The position numbers and the translations under genes were made by a program. DNA of 64,000 bases from Escherichia coli (GTDB taxonomy: Bacteria > Pseudomonadota > Gammaproteobacteria > Enterobacterales > Enterobacteriaceae): the NCBI RefSeq assembly GCF_011045215.1, contig NZ_CP049202.1; one strand, written 5' to 3'. This document shows positions 51,625 through 63,050 of the stretch, piece by piece. How positions within the stretch are numbered: the stretch's first letter is position 1; each line of letters opens with the position of its first letter. The notes under the pieces are model-generated. The model was not told the origin of the DNA and did no database searches. It worked only from the letters and a program-made list of their open reading frames with translations.

Positions 51625-51873
51625 ATGATCCGCATTGAAATTCTTTTCGACCACCAGAGCACAAAAAACCTCAAATCAGGCACACTTCAGGCGCTACAGA
51701 ATGAAATCGAACAACGTCTGAAACCACACTACCCGGAAATCTGGCTACGTATAGACCAGGGCAGCGCCCCGTCTGTATCTGTCACTGGAGCCCGCAACGA
51801 CAAGGATAAAGAACGTATCCAGTCTCTGCTGGAAGAAATCTGGCAGGACGACAGCTGGCTGCCCGCAGCATGA
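51625..51873 (+). CDS. impC: ImpC-like small protein (82 aa), first gene of an impCAB-type operon
   Basis: 82-aa ORF with GGGAG RBS preceding a umuD-like gene, as in plasmid impCAB operons. Confidence 0.65.
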   Translation: MIRIEILFDHQSTKNLKSGTLQALQNEIEQRLKPHYPEIWLRIDQGSAPSVSVTGARNDKDKERIQSLLEEIWQDDSWLPAA

Positions 51874-52307
51874 GTACCGTTTATCACCGTCCGGCTGACC
51901 CTTCAGGCGATGACAGTTACGTGCGACCGTTGTTTGCCGATCGTTGCCAGGCCGGTTTTCCTTCGCCTGCCACTGATTATGCTGAGCAGGAACTGGATCT
52001 GAACAGCTATTGCATCAGCAGACCTGCAGCCACCTTCTTTCTGCGCGCCAGCGGTGAATCGATGAACCAGTCTGGCGTGCAGAATGGTGATCTGCTGGTA
52101 GTGGACAGGGCCGAAAAACCACAACACGGGGACATCGTTATCGCTGAGATCGACGGTGAGTTCACCGTCAAACGACTGCTGTTGCGCCCACGCCCGGCAC
52201 TGGAGCCGGTTTCAGACAGCCCGGAGTTCCGCACACTGTATCCGGAAAACATCTGTATTTTTGGTATTGTCACTCACGTGATACACAGGACGCGGGAGTT
52301 ACGCTGA
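51870..52307 (+). CDS. impA: ImpA/UmuD/MucA-like LexA-type S24 peptidase (145 aa)
   Basis: Ser/Lys dyad context (SGESM...KRLLL), 145 aa; start overlaps the impC stop. Confidence 0.85.
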   Translation: MSTVYHRPADPSGDDSYVRPLFADRCQAGFPSPATDYAEQELDLNSYCISRPAATFFLRASGESMNQSGVQNGDLLVVDRAEKPQHGDIVIAEIDGEFTVKRLLLRPRPALEPVSDSPEFRTLYPENICIFGIVTHVIHRTRELR

Positions 52308-53577
52308 TGTTTGCACTGGCTGATATCAACAGTTTCTACGCCTCATGTGAAAAAGTTTTCCGCCCGAACCTTCGCAACGAACCGGTCATCGTACTCAGCA
52401 ATAACGATGGCTGTGTGATCGCGCGCAGCCCGGAGGCAAAAGCCCTTGGCATCAGAATGGGGCAGCTCTGGTTTCAGGTGAGACAAATGCGCCTGGAGAA
52501 GAAAATACATGTATTTTCCAGCAATTATGCGCTGTACCACAGCATGAGCCAACGGGTTATGGCTGTTCTGGAGTCGCTTTCTCCCGCAGTTGAGCCCTAC
52601 TCAATTGATGAAATGTTCATTGATTTGCGGGGGATAAATCATTGCATCTCTCCGGAGGTTTTTGGTCATCAGCTCAGGGAACAGGTAAAGAGCTGGACAG
52701 GACTCACCATGGGGGTGGGCATTGCGCCTACAAAAACGCTGGCTAAAAGTGCACAGTGGGCAACAAAGCAATGGCCACAGTTTTCCGGTGTGGTCGCGCT
52801 GACGGCAGAAAACCGTAATCGGAGCTTGAAGCTACTGGGGCTGCAGCCAGTTGGTGAGGTCTGGGGAGTAGGACGCAAACTGACGGAAAAGCTGAATGCG
52901 CTGGGTATTAACACAGCACTGCAACTGGCGCAGGCTAACACGGCATTCATCCGGAAAAACTTCAGCGTCATTCTTGAGCGTACGGTACGCGAACTCAACG
53001 GCGAGTCCAGCATATCCCTGGAAGAAGCACCACCGGCAAAACAGCAGATTGTCTGTAGTCGCAGTTTTGGTGAACGAATCACAGACAAAGATGCCATGCA
53101 CCAGGCTGTTGTTCAGTATGCAGAGCGGGCCGCAGAGAAACTACGTGGGGAGCGTCAGTATTGTCGGCAGGTGACGACATTTGTACGGACATCCCCCTTT
53201 GCAGTAAAAGAACCCTGTTACAGCAATGCCGCTGTGGAAAAGCTTTCATTGCCACACAGGACAGCCGGGACATTATTGCCGCCGCATGCAGAGCCTTAAA
53301 CCATGTCTGGCGTGAAGGGTACCGCTATATGAAGGCAGGAGTCATGCTGGCTGATTTCACACCATCGGGTATAGCGCAGCCGGGATTATTTGATGAAATC
53401 CAGCCCCGTAAAAACAGTGAAAAGTTAATGAAAACACTCGATGAACTGAACCAGTCGGGAAAAGGGAAAGTGTGGTTTGCGGGGCGAGGAACCGCCCCTG
53501 AATGGCAAATGAAACGGGAAATGCTATCGCCTTCGTATACAACACAATGGACTGAGATCCCCATTGCTTCATTCTGA
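52307..53577 (+). pseudogene. impB: ImpB/UmuC/MucB-like Y-family polymerase, disrupted by an apparent 1-nt frameshift near 53253..53257
   Basis: N-terminal part (MFALADINSFYASCEKVFRP...) is in one frame to 53299; the conserved C-terminal part (...TQDSRDIIAAA...YTTQWTEIP) is in another frame to 53577; together about 423 codons. Confidence 0.8.
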
Positions 53578-53581
53578 TATA

Positions 53582-54010
53582 TCAGAATAATTTTTTCATT
53601 TTAAGACGCACATCATTCATTGCCTCCTGCACCGAATCAGTAGCAGAAGGAGGCATTTTTTCAACAGATTGCGAAGCACCGAGTTCAGTCAACACAGCTC
53701 TGATATCGGCCTGAGAAGGCTTCCATCCAGTCGTCTGACTGAGTAAGGTTACAACCTGATCTGCTGAAAACTCCTCGCTCAAAATGGCTGTCAGCAATAC
53801 AGGCAGGCGAGGATCAAGTTGGTGTAACGCCATTCCAGAAATAAATGCATTCCGGAACAGCTCACCACGCTCAGAACGCGGAACGGACTCTATCGCTTCC
53901 AAAGTTTGAAAGTCTGCAGCTTTTTCCGGATGCAGATAAAGTGTGTATTTTTTCCTTTTCCGTTCATCGTCCACAATATTACTCCTCTTTGAAAGCCGCG
54001 ATAGCTTCAA
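53582..54010 (-). CDS. parR: ParR/StbB-like centromere-binding protein (start codon reads as TTG in the track; true start uncertain)
   Basis: Small protein downstream of the parM-like gene with similarity to R1 ParR (...LDSIPRSERGELFRNAFISGMALHQ...). Confidence 0.65.
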   Translation of the reverse strand: MKLSRLSKRSNIVDDERKRKKYTLYLHPEKAADFQTLEAIESVPRSERGELFRNAFISGMALHQLDPRLPVLLTAILSEEFSADQVVTLLSQTTGWKPSQADIRAVLTELGASQSVEKMPPSATDSVQEAMNDVRLKMKKLF

Positions 54011-54950
54011 CCAGTGCTGTCTGTGGCGACTCCATCATCACTACTTTTTGCCCAAGATGGTGCCATGCCGTTTTTATCGAATCATAGATCAACGGGGCCC
54101 CACCACCGACAACATAAACACGATTCACATGATGGAAATCACCGAGCTCATTGACTACTTGCTCCCCCAAACTGGCAATAGCCCCCTCAATGGTATTAAG
54201 GACCAGATCAGTTTTTGTTTCGTCATTTATAACCTGCCGAACAAAGTCCGGGTCATTACGACGTTTAATCAATTCATCTGCAACGAGGAAACTGGTATCA
54301 CTGGATGCCATGCGCAATGCACTCATTGCAGCTTTCGTAACTGAAGACACACCAATGCCAGAATTACCATGAATGGCACTTACAGAGTCAAATTGACCAA
54401 CGATAACACCAACATCAAGCGTAGTGCCGCCAATATCAACTACCAGCGATTTTTCGAACTGACCAACTTTATCCACGACCAGACGAGAAAACACAGCTGG
54501 CAATGATTCAGGCATCACATCAACGTGTTCAATGGTGAAAACATCGCCTTTATTAAGACGAATCGGCCTCATTAAATTCTCAATTTTACGCTGAATGTTG
54601 AGTTCATTTTTTTGACACTCTTTCGTATAGAACTCACTGATAGGCAAAGTCACAGTCAATGATACAGGCTGAGGCGCTAATCCACTATTCAGTAAAGCGT
54701 GATGCACAGCTAACAGGTTAACATCCGTATATTGATACTCAATATGAGTCGTAAGAATAGATTGGTTGCTAACTTCATCATACGTGTATTTTTTACCATC
54801 CAGTTCATAGTTAAATGTCTGGCGAATTCCTAACCCGTCAACCTTCCATCCATGACGAAATGAGTTTTGCGACAACGACTTACAGATTTTTCCATTATCA
54901 TTCCATGCCAACTTGATTGTTGTTGAACCATCATCGCAGTATACGTTCAT
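53979..54950 (-). CDS. parM: ParM/StbA actin-like segregation ATPase (323 aa)
   Basis: Actin-fold phosphate motifs (DDGSTTIKL ... VDIGGTTLD ... VVGGGA) and R1 ParM-like sequence. Confidence 0.85.
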   Translation of the reverse strand: MNVYCDDGSTTIKLAWNDNGKICKSLSQNSFRHGWKVDGLGIRQTFNYELDGKKYTYDEVSNQSILTTHIEYQYTDVNLLAVHHALLNSGLAPQPVSLTVTLPISEFYTKECQKNELNIQRKIENLMRPIRLNKGDVFTIEHVDVMPESLPAVFSRLVVDKVGQFEKSLVVDIGGTTLDVGVIVGQFDSVSAIHGNSGIGVSSVTKAAMSALRMASSDTSFLVADELIKRRNDPDFVRQVINDETKTDLVLNTIEGAIASLGEQVVNELGDFHHVNRVYVVGGGAPLIYDSIKTAWHHLGQKVVMMESPQTALVEAIAAFKEE

Positions 54951-55178
54951 CTATAGCCCCTTAAATACTCAATCTGAGTAAATCATTGTTTCTAGTTGCA
55001 AGGTAATACTCAATTTGAGCACTATCATAGTTATGAAATCACAAAACACAAGTATTATTTATTACATCACATAACGCACTTCATATTTCACACTTCATAA
55101 ATATGAACACATATTGACACCTCAGGTTACCGTGTCAAAATATCATCATACTTCACATATCACATTTATGAGGTTGCA
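54951..55178. promoter_or_regulatory. parC-like centromere/promoter region with short iterated repeats between divergent partition operons
   Basis: AT-rich; repeated ATACTCAAT(C/T)TGAG and TTCACA(C/T)TTCATA-like motifs. Confidence 0.45.
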
Positions 55179-55823
55179 ATGATTACTGTAGTTGGTGGGA
55201 ACAAAGGTGGTTCAGGGAAAACTACCATTGCATCAAACCTGGCTATTGCTCTCGCAAATAAAGGAAGGGAAGTCTGCCTGTTAAACGGAGATCTACAACG
55301 AACAGCCGCAAAACATCATGCGGAACGAGAAGCTGCAGGACTGTTACCAGCAATAACCCTTGTTGAGAAATTTGATAACCTGACACAAACACTACAGGCT
55401 CTGAATGAAAAGTTCGATGATGTAATAGTGGATGTCGCAGGAAGAAACTCAAAGGAATTCATAACGAGTGGAGTTGTCGCACATCAAATAATTGCGCCAC
55501 TACAGTGTTCTCAACCAGATCTGGATACTCTTACAGAACTAGAACAACAGATAGACGCAATGCGTAACCTTAACCCGGAACTTAAGGTTTATTGTTTACA
55601 AAGTATGGCAACAACCAATCCGGTTTTGAGGGGAAATGAGAGAAAAGAATTCCTTGAATATCTTGAAGAATTCCCAACAATTCAAGTCCTTGATTCAGTT
55701 ATTTGTTTCAGAAAAGTCTATCGCGATTGCATGAGCAACGGCACCGGTGTAGTAGAAACGAACAATACAGCAGCCAAAGCAGAAATTGAACATTTAATGA
55801 ATGAGGTATTTGGCCCATGGTGA
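55179..55823 (+). CDS. parA: Small ParA/ParF-type Walker ATPase (214 aa)
   Basis: Deviant Walker A GGNKGGSGKTT at the N-terminus; 214 aa. Confidence 0.85.
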   Translation: MITVVGGNKGGSGKTTIASNLAIALANKGREVCLLNGDLQRTAAKHHAEREAAGLLPAITLVEKFDNLTQTLQALNEKFDDVIVDVAGRNSKEFITSGVVAHQIIAPLQCSQPDLDTLTELEQQIDAMRNLNPELKVYCLQSMATTNPVLRGNERKEFLEYLEEFPTIQVLDSVICFRKVYRDCMSNGTGVVETNNTAAKAEIEHLMNEVFGPW

Positions 55824-56092
55824 AGAAACCCAGCCAGCAAGCATTAAACAGAGCTGCAGTTACGGTAGAACAAGCAGAGGCTCTGGCTCAGCGCCTTGCG
55901 GATAAACCATACGGCGCGCCGGAAAAACCCGAACCAGAAAAACAATGTCGGACGACAATCTCTCTTGGTGAAAGCATGCTTGTCACAATAGAAGATCTGG
56001 CATTGAGGAATAAACGCAATGGTAAAGATCCAAAAAATGTAAGTGCCATCGTCAGAGTAGCCCTTGAGCAATACTTAAAAACACTAACGTAA
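55817..56092 (+). CDS. Small ParG/ParB-like RHH centromere-binding partner (91 aa)
   Basis: Small protein overlapping the parA stop; C-terminal RHH-like segment. Confidence 0.55.
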   Translation: MVKKPSQQALNRAAVTVEQAEALAQRLADKPYGAPEKPEPEKQCRTTISLGESMLVTIEDLALRNKRNGKDPKNVSAIVRVALEQYLKTLT

Positions 56093-56229
56093 TAATCAAT
56101 AAGTTATTACTTATGAAATCACACTTGTGAATTCATACTTTTTAAGCACCCTTGCATACAAGAGATCACATATTGCAGTGGTCTCTTTTTTTACAGAATA
56201 AATCACAATTCATAATTATGATTTATGAA

Positions 56230-57039
56230 TTATGCGTGTCTGTTTTTCAGCATTGTGACCGCATCGGACTCAGGCATCGAAAACTGCACCCGGTGCCGTG
56301 CAGCCACATCCAGCGCAAACACCTTCGTGTAGACCTCCGTTGAGCTGATGGACTTATGCCCCATCAGGCTCTGCAGGACCTTCAGTGGTATACCGGCATA
56401 CAGCATGTGCATCGCATGGGAATGGCGGAACGTATGTGGCGTGACCGGGACAGAGAACGTCACACCGTCAGTAGCAGCGGCGGCAACCGCCTCCCCAATC
56501 CAGGTCCTGACCGTTCTGTCCGTCACTTCCCAGATCCGCACTTTCTCTGTCCTGCCTGTTCGTTTATTACGCCGTTCCAGAGGAATTTTCAGTGTTGCCA
56601 CCATCGTCTGCAGCTGACTGACGTACCAGGAGTCGGAGAGCGGAACCAGCCGGTGAGTCTGCTGTCCGGCAGGCGTTCTTCCTGCCGTCCTGGCGGCTTT
56701 TTCGGTCCGCTGCTTCAGAGTGGCCAGCTGCACAAACGGATACGGAGGCGCAAGCGAAAAATCCCCCCGCGTCAGCGCCAGTGCTTCATTAATGCGCGCA
56801 CCGGTGTTCCACAGTGTGGCCAGCAGCATCTTGCGGCGCAGATCCGGGACGTAATGGAGCAGGGCACTCACTTCCGGAGCCAGCAGATATTTCGGCAGTT
56901 CATCATGAACCATCGACATCTGGCGAAGTGCCAGAGCTGCCGGATAATCAATGACAACAGGAAGTTGTGGAGACTGTCCGGCAGAATACACTGCCGGTAC
57001 CCTGGCTGCAGACTGGCTGTGTATAACGGAGCCTGACAT
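56230..57039 (-). CDS. resD: ResD-type tyrosine site-specific recombinase (269 aa)
   Basis: C-terminal tyrosine-recombinase motifs (HTFRHSHA...LMGHKSISSTEVYT); directly downstream of ccdB as in F. Confidence 0.85.
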   Translation of the reverse strand: MSGSVIHSQSAARVPAVYSAGQSPQLPVVIDYPAALALRQMSMVHDELPKYLLAPEVSALLHYVPDLRRKMLLATLWNTGARINEALALTRGDFSLAPPYPFVQLATLKQRTEKAARTAGRTPAGQQTHRLVPLSDSWYVSQLQTMVATLKIPLERRNKRTGRTEKVRIWEVTDRTVRTWIGEAVAAAATDGVTFSVPVTPHTFRHSHAMHMLYAGIPLKVLQSLMGHKSISSTEVYTKVFALDVAARHRVQFSMPESDAVTMLKNRHA

Positions 57040-57565
<526 letters not shown>

Positions 57566-58118
57566 AGCACACCTCTTTTTGACATACTTCGGGTATGCAT
57601 ATAAGTATATATTATTATGATGCAAAAATCAGCGCGTAAATACACATACTGTTATCTTATTTTTAGTAAACCTTATTTATTTTACCTTGCGTTATGTTAA
57701 CCAATAAAAATCAAAATCTGACTTATAAAAACAAACCGTAATTATCGCATTCCCGTTTCTGTCAGATCCGACTTTCATGAATATCACAACTTTCCGGAAG
57801 TGTACCACGCTGAGAAAATCATCATATCACTGTTTTCCGCCCCTGCGCGGCGCATCACAGGTCAGGGAGATGACACAACATATAGTGTCATTAGCAGCTG
57901 AATTCAGAACTACATGTTGTGCTGATGGGAAGATGGCGCTGTGCGGCGGGAGAGGAAGATCCGTGACCAGGAGTTTTCGGATCTTCCTGAAGAAAAAGAA
58001 AGATTAATGCCTCTATGTCATCAATTAAAATAGATTACTGTCCAAAATGCATTAATGCTTTTTTTTGATTACAATATCTTGGCACTGTTGCATAAAAGAC
58101 AGAAATCACTCACGGCAC

Positions 58119-61100
58119 TCAGACGTGATTAAACATAGCTATGACAGGATCTGTCATCTCTGCATCCAGCTCCCAGAGATGGGTCATAATACTTTTAAGC
58201 GGATCATCTGCATCTTCCCGGCAGAACGTGCAGAACATCGTATCATCAGGATAACGGAACAGACGTAAACGGCCAAAAGATGAATTCCGTACCAGTAATG
58301 AGTAATTATCCTGACAGTCCGGAACGAAATATATTGTACAGTTGCCAATCATATATTGAAGAACATGTGGCTGATATCCCTTTTCTGGTTTACTTACTCT
58401 TTTTATGCCAAGTTCATTATGTTTATCAGTGCAATATTCAAGTTCGTATAATTTCCTGGAAAAACAATCACCATACACAATGAGAGTGCAATCTTCTTCT
58501 TTTTTCATAAAAATTTTTACTTTATGAAAAAGTTCATCCAGATTGCCTATATCCTCACTCAACTGACCGCGATTAATAAAGAGTTTCCGGTGAACTGTAT
58601 TAAGTATGTTGTCTGCAATTGTTGTTGAGGGAAAAAATGTCGGATCAATTGTGCGTCCAAGTTTCTTTGCCACACTTTCCTTATCAATGCCAATATTAAT
58701 CCATTGTTTTTCCCAGCGTTCTGAAATTCCAGTATCAGGTGTAAACTCAAACAGAGAAAGAAGATGATCTTTCTTAATATCATCAACAACATTCTGAGAG
58801 ATGTTCATATCAATTCTTCTGAAAAGATCGATGTCTGCTTCTGCCTTTATAATATCTGACTTAATACTTTCTTCAAAAGCGGATATGTACATGTCCAGCG
58901 TTCTGTTAAAGAATACAACTCGCGTAGCATACTCCTCCGATGTCTTCAGAAAGTTTTCTGCTACTTCTGTTGTGCTTTTTGTCAGAGATTTCAGCGTATA
59001 AACAATATTTTTTTTATCAGAAAATGAAAAAATCCCTTCACCGATTGCAGTAACCACTTTCTGGCTGATACGTTGTTCAGATACAGACAGCATTACCGCT
59101 ATATCAGCAAATGCAGGGTATAGTGTGTTTAAATCATCAACACTACTCATATAAATCCGCCCGGAAATAACCGGGCCTTTGTTGTTTCTGGTGAGCCTCT
59201 CCACCATATGAGACAAACGTGAAAACCAGTTACTGTGCTCGTCTGCATGGCAGAAAGTGAGACGTAATATAACATCAATAATATCAGTCTGACCTACTAT
59301 TGCCGAAGGTAGTGTATTATATGCACCAGTTGGGGCGACCAGTGAAGGAGACAGTAACCGTTTGATGACAGTGAGCAAATTGACATTTTTTTGTTGTCCC
59401 AGATACCTCACCATATAAGCTGACAGGAACAGGCGGAGATCAGTCATCACATTACGCATTGTCAGGGATAATGCGGCTTTTTCGTTATACGATGCCCCCC
59501 TCAATATGCAGGACTGACAGTTGTCTGAAACAGAGTGCAATAAAAAATCTGGCGTAAGAAAAAGGCTGTGCCACAGATATTCTTCGTGATAATGATTATG
59601 AAACTGCCCCTGATTAAGCCACAGCATAAACATATCAGTACTCAGATCAGTGGCATCAATATCATCAGATGTTATTGCCGTAATAAGCATTTCCATAGAG
59701 CGAAACAAATGTGATACAAGGGCCTCAGTATAGCCAGCAGTATCAACATTATTCTTAAACGTCAGACGCAACCACATATGCCAGCTTTCCCACTCGCCGA
59801 TAAAATGTTGCAGCATTGCAACATAACGTTGCTTCTGGTTCACTGATAACGCCTTGTTTCCAACATTCCAGTCAATCAGTATCTGCCAGATATCACACTG
59901 GGACTGAAGAGCCTGTTGCAACTCTCCGGTTCTGTCTTCTCCCCGATACCGGTAAAAAGACTGAGGAAGATGTATGATCTTTCGAAAATACGTAGATGTG
60001 GTATCCAGTGTTTTCACCACTTCTTCTGCAAGACGGTAGAAATCATTATGAAAAGACTGGCTTAAACTTTGTGGAAAAAATGAAATGGATACATCATCAA
60101 TATAATTTTTATCACCATACTGGAAACATCTTTTCAGTGTAATAAAGGTCGAAACAAGTCTGTCTGCAGCTTCCTCAAACGCCCCCAGATTTCGTTCATC
60201 CAGAGCATCATAAATTTCCCCATAAAAACCTCTGGTGAAATTTAAAAAATTTGTTTTTTCCCATTTGCTTCCACGGATAAAACAGAGCTTAAACAGCTTC
60301 TCCCAGATAGCATTATATCTGATACCGGTTGTAGCCAGAATAACCACTTCGCTGTTATGTATCCCCCACCCAGGTAAGACTCTGATTCTTGCAGGTCCCG
60401 TTCCGACAGGTTTTAATCTCCTGAGGAGAAACAATAATGGAAGTGTATAGATATCTCTCACACATTCATCCATTTTAAGTTTTAACTTCAGAAGATCAGA
60501 CTTTTCCTTCTCCGGAGAATCATAAACATCAACAGAGACATTCAGCCGTCCCATTTGGTTAATATATCTCCCAGGAAGAGCCAACCAGTTTTTTACCATT
60601 GCTGTTCTGATATGTTGCGCCACGACTTTTGAAATAAAATACTTAAGCATAATTCGATCACGCCGGCGATCATCCAGAACATTCAGGCTCTGAATAAAAA
60701 ACCAGATAGACAAACCAATATTCATGATCATCCAGATTATTGCCACTACAACAAGGCAAATATCAAGGTATTTATCCCCCCGGGCAGACAAAAGTTCACT
60801 CACCAGAATAAATGCAGCAAGGGAAAGACCGCTCAGACCTGCAAACATGTATCCTGAGTAAAGCTGATAGGCCGACTGGATATGCTCACGTGTCGATTTT
60901 TTCTGAAAAAGGACGCTGATCAGACCGACAACTAATGGAAATACAATACCAATGATGGTTAATTGTCCACCCAGCAGATCTGAGAGTCCATCTGGAAGCT
61001 TTTCAATCCCCTTAAAATACTGCCTGCCAAATGGAGCCAAGACCGGCCTCAGATACAAACCAGCAAGTACAATCATTATTGCACCAACCCAGAGAATCAA

Positions 61101-61250
61101 CATAGCCCGCCCATAGTATGTCGAGCACCAGGCCAGCAGGCGCTCAAAAACATTCCAGCGGTATTTTCGATATTCAGAATTCATACGTAAATTATGTCTG
61201 AGCTCACGATCAACAAGACTGTTCACGCTTTTAAACAGTTTACTCAACAT
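58119..61250 (-). CDS. Hypothetical large protein (1043 aa): four N-terminal TM helices plus a ~850-aa soluble region with Cys-rich C-terminus; function unknown
   Basis: Single long ORF, AT-rich by eye; hydrophobic helices at about residues 50-190; no Walker A or other motif I recognise. Confidence 0.7.
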   Translation of the reverse strand: MLSKLFKSVNSLVDRELRHNLRMNSEYRKYRWNVFERLLAWCSTYYGRAMLILWVGAIMIVLAGLYLRPVLAPFGRQYFKGIEKLPDGLSDLLGGQLTIIGIVFPLVVGLISVLFQKKSTREHIQSAYQLYSGYMFAGLSGLSLAAFILVSELLSARGDKYLDICLVVVAIIWMIMNIGLSIWFFIQSLNVLDDRRRDRIMLKYFISKVVAQHIRTAMVKNWLALPGRYINQMGRLNVSVDVYDSPEKEKSDLLKLKLKMDECVRDIYTLPLLFLLRRLKPVGTGPARIRVLPGWGIHNSEVVILATTGIRYNAIWEKLFKLCFIRGSKWEKTNFLNFTRGFYGEIYDALDERNLGAFEEAADRLVSTFITLKRCFQYGDKNYIDDVSISFFPQSLSQSFHNDFYRLAEEVVKTLDTTSTYFRKIIHLPQSFYRYRGEDRTGELQQALQSQCDIWQILIDWNVGNKALSVNQKQRYVAMLQHFIGEWESWHMWLRLTFKNNVDTAGYTEALVSHLFRSMEMLITAITSDDIDATDLSTDMFMLWLNQGQFHNHYHEEYLWHSLFLTPDFLLHSVSDNCQSCILRGASYNEKAALSLTMRNVMTDLRLFLSAYMVRYLGQQKNVNLLTVIKRLLSPSLVAPTGAYNTLPSAIVGQTDIIDVILRLTFCHADEHSNWFSRLSHMVERLTRNNKGPVISGRIYMSSVDDLNTLYPAFADIAVMLSVSEQRISQKVVTAIGEGIFSFSDKKNIVYTLKSLTKSTTEVAENFLKTSEEYATRVVFFNRTLDMYISAFEESIKSDIIKAEADIDLFRRIDMNISQNVVDDIKKDHLLSLFEFTPDTGISERWEKQWINIGIDKESVAKKLGRTIDPTFFPSTTIADNILNTVHRKLFINRGQLSEDIGNLDELFHKVKIFMKKEEDCTLIVYGDCFSRKLYELEYCTDKHNELGIKRVSKPEKGYQPHVLQYMIGNCTIYFVPDCQDNYSLLVRNSSFGRLRLFRYPDDTMFCTFCREDADDPLKSIMTHLWELDAEMTDPVIAMFNHV

Positions 61251-61929
61251 AAGTAACCTTCATAACCGGATTTATCCTCTGATTTCACTGCCAGAATGAT
61301 ACGTTGATTTACCTATTTTTATAACTGTGAATCAAGCTCAGCTCAGTTCCAGACTCCGACAAGCCAGACAGATATTGATTCCAGACTTTGTTATAAGATA
61401 TTGACTAGCTCACTCTTAAGAACTAATTTTAAAATTTTGTTGATAACATCTTTCAGCCTCTCTGGTTTTCTAGGCCCAAGCCAGCAACGTCAGCCCCCAC
61501 AGCTCCTAAGCTCCTATAGTTGGATTAATATGAGCGAAGCTGTCGAACTAGCGTTACCGGACGAAGAAGTTCTTCTGTTCAGGACCGCAAAGACATGGAA
61601 ACGATGTTAGGCTCTTATTGTGTTAACCACGAAATTAATCCAGCATCGTTGTCCGGCAACCTCTGTTCCAACTTTTCCCTGTCATGCTGGATCAGGTGTC
61701 TTAGCTGAGCCACTGTTACTGGTACTGTCCACCTCCACCGCATAACAGGCCGAAGCCACAACATTCATAGAAAATGTTGTTTTTTATCTCCCTTCTCGCC
61801 GCCTCTGTCAAAGCCAAGGGTCATGTACAGGCAATAAAGAACCTTTAGGGGAATGTCACGAACGGTGCAAAAATGGTTCTTCCGCAACTTGGGGGAAGGA
61901 AAGAAAAAGGATCTAAGCTGTTTTAAGTT

Positions 61930-63050
61930 ATGGGTAACGCAATGCACTCTCTTAAGACACTTCTACAGTTACCTTGCAGATGGCAATGCAGTCGACAAAT
62001 AATTAGCTCTGACGGTATAACCCTCCATCTCCGCGGAAAACGCAAAACAGCACAATGCCCTGAATGCTTTAAGCGTAGCGATTCTGTTCATAGTTGTCGC
62101 CGGCTGGATACAGCATCTACCCTGTGCAGGCCAGACGCTATGGCTTGTATTTTCCGTCCGCCACTAGTACTGCCGTAACCCAGCTTGTTCACGTAAAATT
62201 TTTGCCGAGTCGCTTGCTCCCTTCGCCGGTTCACACCAGCAGTCTTCACTGGCATTACAAAATTTGCAACGTCAACTGGGATTAATAGCCGGAGGTGAGG
62301 CCGGAAAACGAGCAGCAACGGCAGTGGGTCTCCGTTGCAGTGCAGATACTCTTCTTCGCAGGGTTATCAATACCCCGGAGACGAGACTGTCAGGCGCGCT
62401 CCATGTCAGTATTAATGAGTGGAGGTGGCCATCGGGGCCACCGTTACGGTACGTTAATTGTCAATCTTGATACTCACCGTCCCCTCGCCCTGCTTCCCGG
62501 CCGTGAGCAGTGTACACTGGCCACCAGGTTCAGAAAATATCCGGAAATACAGGTTGTCTCGCGTGATCGTAGTGGAGTCTATGCGACAGCAGCATGTGAG
62601 GGTGCACCTCAGGCCAGGCAGGTGGCTGATCGATGGCATCTGCTAAATAATATTGACGATGCGCCTGAACGAATGATGTACAGACATATACCTCTGATAC
62701 TCTTGTTGCCCCAAAGAAATCACCTGAGCCATAACTGCCTGTGCCTGCAGCATCGCTCCGTTGTCCGGAATGCCTTAAACAGCAAACCAGCAAAAAACGG
62801 CATCAGCGTTGGACAAAGGTTATGGCCCTGCATAACAAGGGATGTAGTTTCAGGGAAATATCCCGTATTACAAGCCTGCCGCGTGTGACAGTCAGTCGCT
62901 GGGTGCGTTCAGGAACATTCCCTGAAATGTCAACCATGCCTCCAAAGCGAGGGCTTCTGGCCTCATTTAGAGAGTGGTTAAAAGAGCAACGAGAAAGTGG
63001 TAATTATAACGCCAGCCGGATATGGCGGCCCGGGGTTTACAGGCAGTGAA
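61930..63050 (+). mobile_element. Decayed ISL3-family-like transposase gene (multiple frameshifts), IS remnant
   Basis: Fragments in three frames: N-terminal zinc-finger-like CPECFKRSDSVHSCRRLD, central ...VSINEW... and DRWHLL (cf. ISL3 DRFH motif), then an HTH-like segment. Confidence 0.45.
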
